Assembly (NCBI GenBank): GCA_963675595.2
Contig: CAXXLZ010000001.1
Location: 960,001 to 1,024,000, forward strand
Length of the DNA: 64,000 nucleotides
Source: Thermodesulfobacteriota bacterium
GTDB taxonomy: Bacteria; Desulfobacterota; Desulfarculia; JACQYL01
Direction: 5' to 3'
Positions 17,676 through 28,642 of the stretch are shown piece after piece. A model generated the notes under the pieces. It did not search any database. It saw nothing but the letters and a program-made list of their open reading frames with translations, and was not told the DNA's origin. A program made the translations under genes and the position numbers. The first letter of the stretch is position 1, and each line of letters begins with the position of its first letter.

Positions 17676-18833
17676 TTAGCGGTTCGCTTTGCGATAACCG
17701 AGTTGGTCCATGGCGATGATCATCTTCTGAACGTTGGCGGTCCCCTCAACGATCTGGTACAGCACCGCGTCCCTGAAACAACGAGCCACGGGATACTCGG
17801 TGGAGTAGCCGTAGGCACCCAGAATCTTCATGGCACGATGCGCGGATTTCGCCGCGGCTTCTCCGGCAAAATACTTGGCCATGGAAGTCTCGAGAGTATT
17901 CCCCAGGTTCCCCTCATCCTTCTGCACGGCGGCTTTGTAGGTCAACAGCCGAGCCGCTTCCACATCAACGGCCATTTGAGCGATCATGTCCTGGTTCATC
18001 TGGAATTCACCCACCTGCTGCCCGAACTGCTCCCTCTCCCTGCAATAGGCGGTAGCCGCGTCGAGTGCGGCCTGGGCCACGCCCACGCCTCCGGCGGCGC
18101 AGGAAAGTCGCGTCTGATTCAAACTGGAGAACACGATCTTGAGTCCTTCTCCTTCTTTACCCAACAGGTTGGCTTTGGGCACTTTCGCGTCCTCGAGAAA
18201 GACTTCGCCGGTGGGTGAAGACCGGGTCCCCATCTTGTCCAAAGGCCTTGTGGTAATCCCGTCAACCTTCAGGTCCACCACAAAGGCGCTGAGTCCCTTA
18301 CTGCCCAGTTCACGGTTGGTGTAGGCGTAAAGCACGCACGTATCGGCCACCTGGGCGTTGCTGATCCAGGTCTTGGACCCGTTGAGCAGGTAGTGATCAC
18401 CATTGTCCCGGGCGGTGGTTTTCATGGCCAGAATATCCGAACCGGCATTGGGTTCGGTGATGGCAAAGCAACCGATCAAATCGGCGTTCACCAGCCCTGG
18501 AATGTACTTCTCTTTCAGTTCTTCGGATCCGTATCTCAAAATAGAGAATGCGGTCCCTAAAGTCTGCATGTTGATCGCCACGCGGAGCGAACTGGAGCCT
18601 CGAGCGATTTCTTCCGTCAGGATGGTCTGCGCGAGGAATCCCATTTCGTTCCCGCCGTATTGCTCCGGGATTACGCATCCGAAAAAGCCCAATTCACCCA
18701 TCTTCTTGAGTACGTCGATCGGGTAATAATGCTCTTCGTCCCACTTGTCGGCATGGGGCATGATTTCCTTTTCGGTGAAGTCTCTCGCTGTTTCCTTCAA
18801 CATCTCAAGCTCTTCGGACAAACGGAAATGCAT
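17676..18833 (-). CDS. acd: Acyl-CoA dehydrogenase, probably non-decarboxylating glutaryl-CoA dehydrogenase
   Basis: EEIARGSSSLRV, ITEPNAGSD, FQMNQDMIAQMAV, GAYGYSTEYPVAR and DQLGYRKANR match my recollection of the Desulfococcus multivorans enzyme. Start MHFRLS at 18833. Confidence 0.85.
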   Translation of the reverse strand: MHFRLSEELEMLKETARDFTEKEIMPHADKWDEEHYYPIDVLKKMGELGFFGCVIPEQYGGNEMGFLAQTILTEEIARGSSSLRVAINMQTLGTAFSILRYGSEELKEKYIPGLVNADLIGCFAITEPNAGSDILAMKTTARDNGDHYLLNGSKTWISNAQVADTCVLYAYTNRELGSKGLSAFVVDLKVDGITTRPLDKMGTRSSPTGEVFLEDAKVPKANLLGKEGEGLKIVFSSLNQTRLSCAAGGVGVAQAALDAATAYCREREQFGQQVGEFQMNQDMIAQMAVDVEAARLLTYKAAVQKDEGNLGNTLETSMAKYFAGEAAAKSAHRAMKILGAYGYSTEYPVARCFRDAVLYQIVEGTANVQKMIIAMDQLGYRKANR

Positions 18834-18847
18834 AGTATCCCCCTGAT

Positions 18848-19996
18848 CTATCTTAATAGGTTTCTCGCAACGATCAGTCTCTGAACTTGGTTGGACCCAT
18901 CGAAAATCTGTATGGCCTTGGCGTCCCGCATCATCCGTTCGGCGGTGCACCCGCGGCGTACGCCTTCATTACCCAAAATCTGGACGGCGTTCGTGGTGAC
19001 CTGCATGGCCATGTCCGAAGCCAGATATTTGGACATGGAGACGTACGTTTCGATCTGTTTCTGCTCGGCCCGTTCACCCTCGACCATATCTGCGGTTCGA
19101 TATACCGTTGATCTTACCGCCTCGATTTGTGTCCACATATCGGCCAACATGAATTCCACGGCCTGAGATCGGCCCATGGGACGTCTTAACTCCTTTTCCC
19201 GACGGACATAGGCCAACGCCTCGTCAAAAGCGCCCTGGGCAATGCCCAGAGCCATGCTCGCAGCACCCCATACGCGCATAGGGTTGGCGTGCCGAGAGAG
19301 GACTTCCCAACCTCGTTCCGGACCCAGCAGCAGGTCGTCTTCCGACACAGCGACATTGTCGAGGAACATGGTCTGAGTAATGCTTGCGCCCAATCCCATC
19401 TTTCCCAATATGCCGCTGAAGGAAATCCCCGGAGACCTTCGATCCAGGATGAGCGCGCTGATTCCTTTGGGACCCACCGTCTTTGAGGTCCTTATGAACA
19501 CGAGATAATAGTCTGCGTATTCTCCCAAAGTGAGATAGGTCTTGCTGCCGTTCAGAACATATCGGTCGCCCTTCAGGACGCCCCGGGCTTGCAGAGACCC
19601 CGCGTCCGATCCGGAGCCGGGTTCCGTCAGGGCAAACCCGCACAGCTTGTCGCCTTGAGCGAACCCGGGCAGGAGCCGAGCTTTCTGGTTTGGATCGCCT
19701 ACTCTGCAAAGTATCCTTATGAGAGCGGAGGTCGGAAAAACGAGAAGGGCCGAGGACGGGGAGACGCGGGAAATTTCCTCGATCAATATACACAGGGTGA
19801 CGGCTTTGGCTCCCAAACCGCCGTGTTCTCGAGGTAGAGCCGCCTTCAGCAGTCCGGCGTCTCTGAATACCTCGTAGCTTAACCTTGGAAAATCTTCGCT
19901 TTCGTCCAGCCGGGCCGCGACGGGCCCGATGTTGTCTTCCACGAGGGTGCGGACGTGACGTCGAAACTCTTCCTGTCCCGCCGTGAGCGATGCCAT
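18848..19996 (-). CDS. Acyl-CoA dehydrogenase (Asp at the usual catalytic Glu position)
   Basis: ALTEPGSGSD, LNGSKTY, and MRDAKAIQIFDGSNQVQR. Confidence 0.9.
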   Translation of the reverse strand: MASLTAGQEEFRRHVRTLVEDNIGPVAARLDESEDFPRLSYEVFRDAGLLKAALPREHGGLGAKAVTLCILIEEISRVSPSSALLVFPTSALIRILCRVGDPNQKARLLPGFAQGDKLCGFALTEPGSGSDAGSLQARGVLKGDRYVLNGSKTYLTLGEYADYYLVFIRTSKTVGPKGISALILDRRSPGISFSGILGKMGLGASITQTMFLDNVAVSEDDLLLGPERGWEVLSRHANPMRVWGAASMALGIAQGAFDEALAYVRREKELRRPMGRSQAVEFMLADMWTQIEAVRSTVYRTADMVEGERAEQKQIETYVSMSKYLASDMAMQVTTNAVQILGNEGVRRGCTAERMMRDAKAIQIFDGSNQVQRLIVARNLLR

Positions 19997-20039
19997 GATA
20001 TCCCGATTGGCCGAATACGAACGTGATTCGTACGTGTTC

Positions 20040-21218
20040 TCACATCCGTTCTACGACGAGGGCGATTCCCTGTCCGCCGCCGATACACATGGTGGCCAGT
20101 CCCGTGTTCAAGTCCCTCCGTTTCATTTCATAAAGGAGCTTGATGAGGATGACGCCTCCACTAGCGGAGACCGGATGCCCTAAAGCAATCGCGCCTCCGT
20201 TCACATTGACCTTCTCCAAGTCCATGCCCAGCTCACGGATGCAGACGAGTGATTGAGAGGCGAAGGCTTCGTTCAACTCCACCAAATCGATGTCGTCCAT
20301 GGTCATTCCGGCTTTTTCCAATGCCAAGCGGGTAGCGGGAATCGGGCCGATGCCCATTAAAGAGGGTTCCACGCCCACGGAGGCGAAGGAGACGATGCGT
20401 GCCTGGGACTCGATTCCCAAATCTTTCGCTTTGTCGCCGGACATGACCACCAAGGCGGCGGCTCCATCGTTCATACCGCTCGAATTGCCGGCGGTCACCG
20501 AGCCCCCGGACTTCTTGAAAGCCGGCTTGAGCTTGGTCAGGGCTTCCAGGGTGGTGCCGAATCTGGGGTGTTCATCCGTATCGAAAACGGAGGGTGCGCC
20601 TTTCTTGGCCGGAATCTCGACGGGGACGATCTGATCCCGAAAAAGTCCATTCTTGATGGCGGCCTCGGCCGATTGCTGGCTTCGAAGTGCGAATTCGTCC
20701 TGATCCTCTCTTGATACTCCGTACTTTTCCGCCACGTTTTCGGCGGTTTCACCCATGGTGTCGCCGCTGAGGGGGTCGAAAAGAATCAGCTGGTCCTGGA
20801 GCTGTCCGTGACCCAAACGGTATCCCCAGCGGGCTTGTTTGAGCAGATACGCGGCCCTGCTCATGGATTCCATACCTCCGGCCACGATGATTTTCGCGTC
20901 CCCGGCTTTGATGATCTGGGAGGCCAATGTGACGGCCTTTAGGCTGCCGCCGCAGGCTTTCGAAATGGTGAATTGGGGCCTCTCAATGGGGATACCGGCC
21001 TTGACGGCGACCACGCGGGCTGAGTTGATGGGGAGGTCCCCGGTTCGGTAGCCGGAGGCATAGATAGTCTCGTCGACCATGTCTCCGCTGATGTTCGCTC
21101 TGCTCATAGCCTCCGTTATGGGAATAGGGCCGAACTCGATATCGCTGAGTTCCTTGAGGGTCCCACCGAACTTGCCAATGGCGGTACGCGCTGCTCCGGC
21201 AATGACGATCTCCATCAC
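20040..21218 (-). CDS. Acetyl-CoA C-acyltransferase (thiolase)
   Basis: Catalytic Cys in KACGGS; [14 protein letters not shown] and CIGGGQG. Confidence 0.96.
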   Translation of the reverse strand: MMEIVIAGAARTAIGKFGGTLKELSDIEFGPIPITEAMSRANISGDMVDETIYASGYRTGDLPINSARVVAVKAGIPIERPQFTISKACGGSLKAVTLASQIIKAGDAKIIVAGGMESMSRAAYLLKQARWGYRLGHGQLQDQLILFDPLSGDTMGETAENVAEKYGVSREDQDEFALRSQQSAEAAIKNGLFRDQIVPVEIPAKKGAPSVFDTDEHPRFGTTLEALTKLKPAFKKSGGSVTAGNSSGMNDGAAALVVMSGDKAKDLGIESQARIVSFASVGVEPSLMGIGPIPATRLALEKAGMTMDDIDLVELNEAFASQSLVCIRELGMDLEKVNVNGGAIALGHPVSASGGVILIKLLYEMKRRDLNTGLATMCIGGGQGIALVVERM

Positions 21219-21573
21219 GGACGCTCCTTTTTAGACTATTTACGATTGACGATGTTTACAAAGGATGATTCGAAGTTGTCAAACAGAAACCTTGCCGGAA
21301 GAGGGGGGATCTTGTTGGTGCAGGAAGAGCCTTGAGTTTCTTCGGGAAATGATGTCCAATATTTTGCAAACTATTTGACAGCGACGATCGTCCTCATTAT
21401 GAATTGCCGGGGTCTTCGATGGAAGCCTCCCACGTAGTCGCTCTCGTTTCCGCGTGGGGGGCCGGCGAATTGCCGGCGTGAGCTGGAACTCGACTCTAAA
21501 TTGTTCGTCCTGTCACTGGCAGATAACCGCCGGGTTAAACTTTCCTTTTCCAGAAGGCCTCTAAGATACAAAA

Positions 21574-22122
21574 ATGCGGGACGAAGACTTCCAACTGATT
21601 GATGATTTCCTGGAGGGCGATCAAGCTGCATTTGAGACGCTGGTCCGGAAATATCAAAAGGAAATCTACTACTTCGTGCTGCGTATCGTCGGTAACGAAG
21701 AGGAAGCCAAAGACATCGCCCAGATGGCGTTCGTCAATGTTTTCAGATCGTTGAAGCGTTTCAAGAAGGAGTCGAAATTTAAAACGTGGCTTTACAAGAT
21801 CGCACTGAATTTGTGTCGTAATCATTTGAAGAAGTCCCGCGTGACGCCGTCGGATGAATTGGATCCGAACTTGGCGGGCGATGACGATCCGGCCGACTCT
21901 CTCATCGAAAAGGAAAAACGGCGGGTGCTTCAGAGGGCCATCGAAGAGTTGCCGGAGAAGCAGCGTTTGACCGTGATATTGAGAACGTATAGAGATCTCA
22001 GTTATGCGGATGTGAGTAGTATCTTAGGGTGCAGTGAAGGGGCTGCGAAAGCGAACTTCCATTTCGCTCTTCAAAAACTGAAAAAAAAGTTGGGGAAGTT
22101 GTATGGACTGCAAAAAAGCTGA
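21574..22122 (+). CDS. ECF sigma-70 factor (RpoE/SigW-like)
   Basis: Region 2 (AKDIAQMAFV...FKTWLYKIALN) and region 4 HTH (LSYADVSSILGCSEGAAK). Confidence 0.93.
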   Translation: MRDEDFQLIDDFLEGDQAAFETLVRKYQKEIYYFVLRIVGNEEEAKDIAQMAFVNVFRSLKRFKKESKFKTWLYKIALNLCRNHLKKSRVTPSDELDPNLAGDDDPADSLIEKEKRRVLQRAIEELPEKQRLTVILRTYRDLSYADVSSILGCSEGAAKANFHFALQKLKKKLGKLYGLQKS

Positions 22123-22798
22123 AGCACTCATCACGCAGATGAACCGTTCCGATTTGGAGAGGGGTCTGGACGGCCCTCTCGCAGGCCATCTGGATGAATG
22201 CGTGGAATGCAGAACTTCGCTTGAGCTCGTCAAACTACTCCAAGATACGCTGACCGAGCCGCGCCCGAAACGAGAACCGGACTGGAATGATTTCACACGC
22301 CAAGTCGAACACCGTCTCATCGCGGACGCTTATTACGGCAATTGGAGAGGGCGGATTAACCTTGGCGGCATGATGAATCGGCTTTTCCGACCGGCTTTCG
22401 GCATGGGACTGGCCACGGCGGCCTTGATCCTCGCCTTTTTCGTGGCGGGACCGTCCCTGTACCGATCGGACTCGAAGATTCCGACCTCGGGGCCTGCCTC
22501 AACGAGCGTAAACACCGTGTCATTACCCGCCACTTTGATCTCATCGCCCATGGAAGATCGGGTTTCTCTCCACCTGGATCATCTGTCTCGAGAGGAACTG
22601 TCTTATGTGAACAGAGCACTGCTCCGGCGCGTAGCGGCTCAAGAACGTTTGGACGGTATCCGGGACGACATTCCTTCGTTGCCGGGCATTGCGCATCCCG
22701 ACGAGGATGTGGAGGAAGTGGATTACCGCTTGACCAACCTAGAGCCCGGAGAGCTTCAGCGGATCTCCCACGCACTTGAGCATATGATTCCCAACTAA
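22103..22798 (+). CDS. Zinc-finger (ZAS) anti-sigma factor
   Basis: HLDECVEC (HxxxCxxC), one transmembrane helix, overlaps the sigma gene. Confidence 0.82.
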   Translation: MDCKKAEALITQMNRSDLERGLDGPLAGHLDECVECRTSLELVKLLQDTLTEPRPKREPDWNDFTRQVEHRLIADAYYGNWRGRINLGGMMNRLFRPAFGMGLATAALILAFFVAGPSLYRSDSKIPTSGPASTSVNTVSLPATLISSPMEDRVSLHLDHLSREELSYVNRALLRRVAAQERLDGIRDDIPSLPGIAHPDEDVEEVDYRLTNLEPGELQRISHALEHMIPN

Positions 22799-22822
22799 GC
22801 ATGCTTGGATAGGCGAAGATCT

Positions 22823-23488
22823 ATGGCACTGCATCATACCAATCTGAGATTTCTTTTCGTGATGGGTCTCCTTATCGCGCCGGTGCTGATCTCCTCTCCT
22901 GCCCAGTGCGGACCGGATCCCCTGGAAAAGGACGAAGTTCCACCTGCGGTGGAGCGTCCCGCGGTTCCGTTTGTCCCGCCGTCGTCCTTCCCCGACAATG
23001 TTGAATCCGAACGCGAGCGGGTGAGAAGACGGATTGACATGCTTCGCATCTGGAGACTGACTTCGGAACTGAATCTGGACGAACCTACCGCCCGAAAGCT
23101 CTTCCCGGTGCTGCACGCGTTTCAGGTCAGAAGGAGTCAGCTTCGTTCCGAATGCAATAGGATTGAGAAGAAACTGGCTCTTGAACTGCGCAATGAACAG
23201 CGAAACGGTGAGAAGATTAAGTCTTTGATCGAGGCCTACAAGCAAAATGAGTTGAAAAAGTACGAGCTTTATCAGGAGGAAGCGCGTAAGCTCGAAGATG
23301 TGCTTACTCCGAGGCAGTACGCACAGTACATTTTGTTTGCGGAACGGTTTAACCTGGAATTGCAGTACATTTTTCGGGAAGCCTTAGGCAGAAACAAGCC
23401 GAGTGTTCCCTCCAATGTCCAAGAACCCTCCGAGAACGGCTCCGCGGAAACCGCTTCGCCTCCGAAGGATGATGGGGCGGATCGATAG
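22823..23488 (+). CDS. Periplasmic Spy/CpxP-like protein
   Basis: Signal peptide, helical, LNLDE and VLTPRQ (LTxxQ) motifs; third gene of the ECF module. Confidence 0.72.
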   Translation: MALHHTNLRFLFVMGLLIAPVLISSPAQCGPDPLEKDEVPPAVERPAVPFVPPSSFPDNVESERERVRRRIDMLRIWRLTSELNLDEPTARKLFPVLHAFQVRRSQLRSECNRIEKKLALELRNEQRNGEKIKSLIEAYKQNELKKYELYQEEARKLEDVLTPRQYAQYILFAERFNLELQYIFREALGRNKPSVPSNVQEPSENGSAETASPPKDDGADR

Positions 23489-23932
23489 CGGGAGGTTTCA
23501 CCCGAATACCGGTGAGCTGAATGAGTACGGGTTCCTTTTCTCCATCGGAACGTCGACGAGAGAATGAGAACGACGGGTTTTTTCATTCACGTCTGAAATT
23601 CACTGCGGCGATTCCGCTTTCAAGCAGAACCGAGCCCTCCTTTCCAAATCATGAATGACGGGGACCGCGTCCGGCGGTCGCACATTGCGCAGCAGGCCGA
23701 GTGGACACCTAATCGTCAATGTGATATTAATTACACGGAATTTTGAATATATTTCCGGAGATAGCGAGAATCGATTTCGGAGCGAGAGGCGAGTGCCAGG
23801 CCGATTCCGTTCCGATGAGGGAAGGTCGGGTTCATTCGTCGGAATCCAGCGGCCGCTGCGCTTCAATCCGGACTGAAGCCGCTTTGAACATGACCTGTTT
23901 AGGGCCTCTTTCATCTTTCCCGCGGAAGACCC

Positions 23933-25201
23933 ATGACCATGTCGGAGTCACAACCTGCATCTCTAAGCCCCAGCGAGTTGAACGCTCTTATCGCCAGAAG
24001 CAGAGACAAGTTCAGGTCACTCATCGACGCCGTTCCGGACCCCATGTTCACCATTGACCGGGACCTTAAACTCGTTTCGGTCAATCAGGCATACGCCCGT
24101 CTCACGGGGAAGCATCCCAAAGAAGTGGTGGGGGGGCGTTGCTATGAGTTTTTCTGCCCTTTGGACCTCAATGGCGAAGAGGCCTGCAGAGGCGGGAAAT
24201 GCCTTGCCTTCCGTTTCTTTCAAACCGGAGAAACGATCTGGGAGTTGCTCGAACAAAAAATGTCGGATAATCAGCGCCGATGGACGGAAGTCATGATTCA
24301 TCCGCTTGATGATCAGGCTTCCTCCGATCAGGCCGTGGTCATGTTTCGCGATGTGACCCGATTAAAGGAACTTGAGCAGCAGGCTGTAAAACATAATGAA
24401 ATACTGGAGGAAGAGGTCCGCAGGAGAACGCTTGAACTCAGAGAGGCACGCGACGAGCTCCTGATGGAAAAACAGCTTCTCGAAAATGCCAATCGGGAAC
24501 TCCTGCGGCTGGAAAGCCTCAAAAAGGATCTCATGCTCATGGTGGTCCACGACATGAAAGGGCCTATCGGAGAACTCATGGGCAATCTCGACTTGATCAA
24601 ACTGGAATCCCTTTCCACCGATCAAATCGAGTATGTGGAATTGGCCGAATCCGCATGCGACGACCTCCTTCGGATGATCATGAACTTGTTGGACATCAAT
24701 CGGGCCGAAGAGGGACGGCTGGTTCCGGAATTCAGGGCTCTCTCACCCTCACGGCTCATTGAAAATACTTTGTTCAAACTCCAGGCGCTGATTCGTCTCG
24801 CTGAGTTGGATGTTGAAATCCTCTGTGAAACCTCTCTTTTTGTACGCGGAGACTCCGGATTGCTGGAAAGGGTACTCCAAAACCTGCTTATCAACGCAGT
24901 GAACGCCACTCCCCCTGGAGGCAGGATCAGTTTGGGCGCTCGGTCGCATGATGGGGGTGACATGCTGGAATTTAGTGTGCGGGATACCGGCAAGGGTATT
25001 CCTGTGAGGTTCCGGAAGGCCATTTTCGAAAAATTCAAACGGGCTTCGGACGACGCGGAGAACCGCACGGGTACGGGCTTGGGACTCAGTTTCTGCAAAC
25101 TGGCGATTGAAGCCCACGGGGGATCAATCCGGCTGGAAAGCGAAGAAGGTCGGGGAACCACGTTTTTTTTCACGTTACCAGCTCTATCTTCCGAAATATA
25201 G
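23933..25201 (+). CDS. PAS-domain sensor histidine kinase
   Basis: PAS domain, H-box VVHDMKGP, N-box NLLINA, G-boxes DTGKGI and GTGLGL. Confidence 0.92.
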   Translation: MTMSESQPASLSPSELNALIARSRDKFRSLIDAVPDPMFTIDRDLKLVSVNQAYARLTGKHPKEVVGGRCYEFFCPLDLNGEEACRGGKCLAFRFFQTGETIWELLEQKMSDNQRRWTEVMIHPLDDQASSDQAVVMFRDVTRLKELEQQAVKHNEILEEEVRRRTLELREARDELLMEKQLLENANRELLRLESLKKDLMLMVVHDMKGPIGELMGNLDLIKLESLSTDQIEYVELAESACDDLLRMIMNLLDINRAEEGRLVPEFRALSPSRLIENTLFKLQALIRLAELDVEILCETSLFVRGDSGLLERVLQNLLINAVNATPPGGRISLGARSHDGGDMLEFSVRDTGKGIPVRFRKAIFEKFKRASDDAENRTGTGLGLSFCKLAIEAHGGSIRLESEEGRGTTFFFTLPALSSEI

Positions 25202-25284
25202 CAATTCCCTTCCCCATTGGCGCCCTCTTTTCGTGAGAGTGCGCGGATTCCTTACCGGATGGGGAAACGGTGCAGGGAGAAGTT

Positions 25285-26454
25285 ATGCTGTCTCCTGCGA
25301 AGCTCGGCAGCCTCAGGGTCTTGGTGGTGGACGATCAGGTGACCATGAGAAAGACGATCGTCAACATGCTTAAGACCAGTGGATTCAAAAAGATATCGGA
25401 AGCCCCCGACGGCGAGGAAGCGCTCATACGCATCGAGCTCGGCGGAGTGGACTTCGTAATCTCCGATTGGAATATGCCGCGGATGAAGGGGGTGGACCTG
25501 CTTGCCAGACTCCGAAGTCGAGATACGACCAAGAATATTCCCTTTCTTATGATTACGGCCGAGGTGGACGAGAAAACGGTGATACAAGCGCTCGAAAGCG
25601 ACGTGGACGCATACATCATCAAACCGTTTAAGGCGAAAACTCTTCTCGATCGTATCGAGCAGATATTGGATAAACGCGAAAAACCAAGCCCCATAGACGT
25701 CCACATCAAGACGGGCATGTATTATCTGGAGAATGGGAGCGTGCAGTTGGCCGTGGTCGAATTCAAGAAAGCGCTTCAAATAGACCCCGCCAGTCCAAGG
25801 AGCCACTTCCATTTAGGGCTCGCGCACGAGCAGGCCAAGGACTACGAAGGCGCCGTACGCTCCTTCAAGAAAGCGGTGGAGCTGTCTCCCCAATACGTCA
25901 AAGGCTTTGAGGCCCTGGCCAGGGTATTGAGTTCGGCGGGACGCAAGGAGGAGGCCTCCGAGACATTGCGGCGTGCTGTGGAAATCAGCCCGATGAACGT
26001 GGAACGCCAACTGGCGTTGGGTGCCGCCCTGCTGGGAGTGGGAAAAGTGGAAGAGGGCAAACGGGCGCTTGCCGAAGCGGGCAGAATCAAACCTGATAAT
26101 CCGGACATCGCGGAACGGGTTGGGGAGATTTTCATGGAGGCCGGTTTGGCGGAGGAGGCGGAAGACGCCTTTGGAACCGCTTTGAAGATCGACCCGTCCT
26201 TGAGACACGTCTATAACCGGCTGGGCATCGCTTATCGACAACAAGGGAAGATCAAACAAGCCATTGAGAACTACCGGAAAGCCATCAAGATTAGTCCTAA
26301 TGACGAAAACCTCTTCTATAACCTGGGAGTCGCCTACGTGGAGGGGAGGGATGCCGAAAGCGCGGTGAAGGCGCTTGCCAAGGCCGTCGAGATCAACCCC
26401 GGTTTCCATGAGGCCAACAACCTGCTCGAAAGACTCAGACAGGCGGGTTACTGA
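25285..26454 (+). CDS. Response regulator with TPR output (CheY-like REC plus TPRs)
   Basis: VVDD, SDWNMP and KPF, followed by several TPR repeats. Confidence 0.9.
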   Translation: MLSPAKLGSLRVLVVDDQVTMRKTIVNMLKTSGFKKISEAPDGEEALIRIELGGVDFVISDWNMPRMKGVDLLARLRSRDTTKNIPFLMITAEVDEKTVIQALESDVDAYIIKPFKAKTLLDRIEQILDKREKPSPIDVHIKTGMYYLENGSVQLAVVEFKKALQIDPASPRSHFHLGLAHEQAKDYEGAVRSFKKAVELSPQYVKGFEALARVLSSAGRKEEASETLRRAVEISPMNVERQLALGAALLGVGKVEEGKRALAEAGRIKPDNPDIAERVGEIFMEAGLAEEAEDAFGTALKIDPSLRHVYNRLGIAYRQQGKIKQAIENYRKAIKISPNDENLFYNLGVAYVEGRDAESAVKALAKAVEINPGFHEANNLLERLRQAGY

Positions 26455-26604
26455 GCCCTCCGACCTCCCCCCGGAAGTACCTCTGAATCCACGCCCTCGT
26501 CCTACACGCCGAGCCGCCGGTTTGTCGTCAAATTCAAAGGGCCGTCGGGTTGCGTCACACCGTGCCGTGATTCATGGCGGGAAAGGCCGGAGTCGATAGA
26601 CGGA

Positions 26605-27252
26605 TCATAACCATTTTACCGGCGCTTCACTCTGACGATGTTCAAGCCAAACCAGTACCTTGGAGAACTCCTGCCCCAACTCGGCCAGGGCTTTTCCTCT
26701 ATGGCTTACAAGGTTTTTCTCTTCCGGAGTCAGCTCGGCGAACGTTCTTTCCAGCGGGGGGAAGAAGAACAACGGGTCGTATCCGAACCCCTGAACTCCT
26801 CGTGGTTGTTCCAGAATCAACCCCTCGCAGCGTCCCTCGTAAATCAGAGCGGGTCCCGTAGGAACCGCGATGGCCAGCACACACATGAACTCGGCTTTCC
26901 GATTTTCAACGCCGGTCATCTCCCGGATCAACTTCCGATTGTTTTCTTCATCGGATGCTTCCGGCCCCGCATACCGAGCTGAAAAAACCCCCGGTTTCCC
27001 CTGGAGGGCCTCGACAATAAGCCCCGAATCGTCAGCGATGGCCGGGGTGCCGAGCATCCTGGCTGTGGAAACGGCTTTCTTGACCGCGTTGTCTTCAAAT
27101 GTTTCCCCGTCTTCCTCAACAGGAGGCATAGGGCCGAAATCGTCCAGATTTCGGATGTTCACAGGGAACTTCTCCAGCACTTTTCGCATTTCCTCGGTCT
27201 TGCCCGAGTTTCTGGTGGCCAGAACGAGGGTGGTTTTCTTGAGTGTGTTCAT
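26605..27252 (-). CDS. rdgB: XTP/dITP diphosphatase
   Basis: ATRNSGK, ADDSGL, GFGYDPLF and KNLVSHRG. Confidence 0.95.
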   Translation of the reverse strand: MNTLKKTTLVLATRNSGKTEEMRKVLEKFPVNIRNLDDFGPMPPVEEDGETFEDNAVKKAVSTARMLGTPAIADDSGLIVEALQGKPGVFSARYAGPEASDEENNRKLIREMTGVENRKAEFMCVLAIAVPTGPALIYEGRCEGLILEQPRGVQGFGYDPLFFFPPLERTFAELTPEEKNLVSHRGKALAELGQEFSKVLVWLEHRQSEAPVKWL

Positions 27253-27420
27253 TTTATGGCTCCAAGGCAAGAATTCGCCAAAGTTGAAGTTGATCTTGAA
27301 CGGCTGGAGAGTGGGACGCGATTGTTCCGTTCATGCGAAGCGGCGTCCGAACCAGGGGTGTGGGCTTGTCCGACAAGACGGTCTAAGTGACCCCGCATTT
27401 TCGAAACGTGTTCCGGGTGC

Positions 27421-28548
27421 TCAATCGGCAATGGGGAGATACAGACATGCCGCGGCTCCTCCGGACTCACGGTTTCCGATCTCGACACGGCCGCCGTGCA
27501 GTTTGAGGATCTTTCGAACCAATGTTAATCCCAAACCGACCCCCACGGCCTCCGACAACGCCGGGTCTCGGGAATGGAAGAATTCGTCGAAAACGCGCGG
27601 TAGATCCTGCGCACCGATTCCCGGGCCTTCGTCGAGGACCTTGATCACTAGATTCTTCTCGGTCTGTTCGCACAGTAAGGACACCGTACCGCCCGGCGGT
27701 GAAAATCTCACGGCGTTGAGAATTACATGACGGAGGGCCGTTGAGAACAACTCCTGATCGCCGAGAAGTCTTGTTATCGTTAAATCTCCGTGGACTTTCA
27801 CCAGCACGTTCTTGGCTTGCGCCTCATCTCTTATCGTCTTCAGTACTTCCGGGAGGAGGGCGGCCGGCTCAATGACGCCTTCTCCCTTAGAGTAGTGCCC
27901 CGCAGAAAGTCTCACGCTCATGAGCCAGTCTCCCAGAGTATTCAACTGGGTCCGGATGCGTGCCAGTGATTTGTCTATCAATTCTTTGGGCTTATCGGGG
28001 AGTTGACCCAGGATGCCTTGAGACAGAATCTGCAAATACTGGTGCACCGCCACCAAGGGTGTCTTCAGCTCGTGTACCGTGAAAAGCAGCTCATCGAGGG
28101 ATGGAAGCCGGCCTTCCTTTGAAGGGGCGCCTCTGCGGAATTCGGATAGCAGCACTGTCAGCGCGTCAAAGAAAGCGATATCCGTTTCGGGAAACGAGTC
28201 GGCTTTTGATACGAGCATAAGCCCCCCGGCAGGGGGCTCCTCCCGGGGAAAGGGTAGGTACAACAGCGCGGGAAAATCCTTCAATGCCTCGACGGTTCTC
28301 GGCATGTATCGCCGAAACTGATCCCGCGTTGCGAGTCTTTCCGCGTTTTCAACGCAGGTTGAGACTTCGGCCTTGTCCAGGGCGCCCACTACCCACCCTT
28401 CCGCATGTGTCAATGCCGGTTCGGATGCGTGACCGATTTCGGAGGATTGGACCAGACAAGCCGCCTCAAGAGAGAAACGGTGCATGAAAGCATCAAGGAA
28501 ACGTTCGAGTTGCGACGGGATTCCTTCTTGGCTGGAAATTTTCGTCAT
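27421..28548 (-). CDS. Sensor histidine kinase with a degenerate GAF-like N-terminus
   Basis: HELKTPL, ILNAVRF, DEGPGI and GVGLGL. Confidence 0.88.
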   Translation of the reverse strand: MTKISSQEGIPSQLERFLDAFMHRFSLEAACLVQSSEIGHASEPALTHAEGWVVGALDKAEVSTCVENAERLATRDQFRRYMPRTVEALKDFPALLYLPFPREEPPAGGLMLVSKADSFPETDIAFFDALTVLLSEFRRGAPSKEGRLPSLDELLFTVHELKTPLVAVHQYLQILSQGILGQLPDKPKELIDKSLARIRTQLNTLGDWLMSVRLSAGHYSKGEGVIEPAALLPEVLKTIRDEAQAKNVLVKVHGDLTITRLLGDQELFSTALRHVILNAVRFSPPGGTVSLLCEQTEKNLVIKVLDEGPGIGAQDLPRVFDEFFHSRDPALSEAVGVGLGLTLVRKILKLHGGRVEIGNRESGGAAACLYLPIAD

Positions 28549-28642
28549 GTAACCGTTTTGACCTGGTGTTCCACACTCGCAGATTCATCGGACGAGTAGA
28601 GAACTACACGGTCCCCTTTTGTTCGTACAATCGCTAAGCGCG

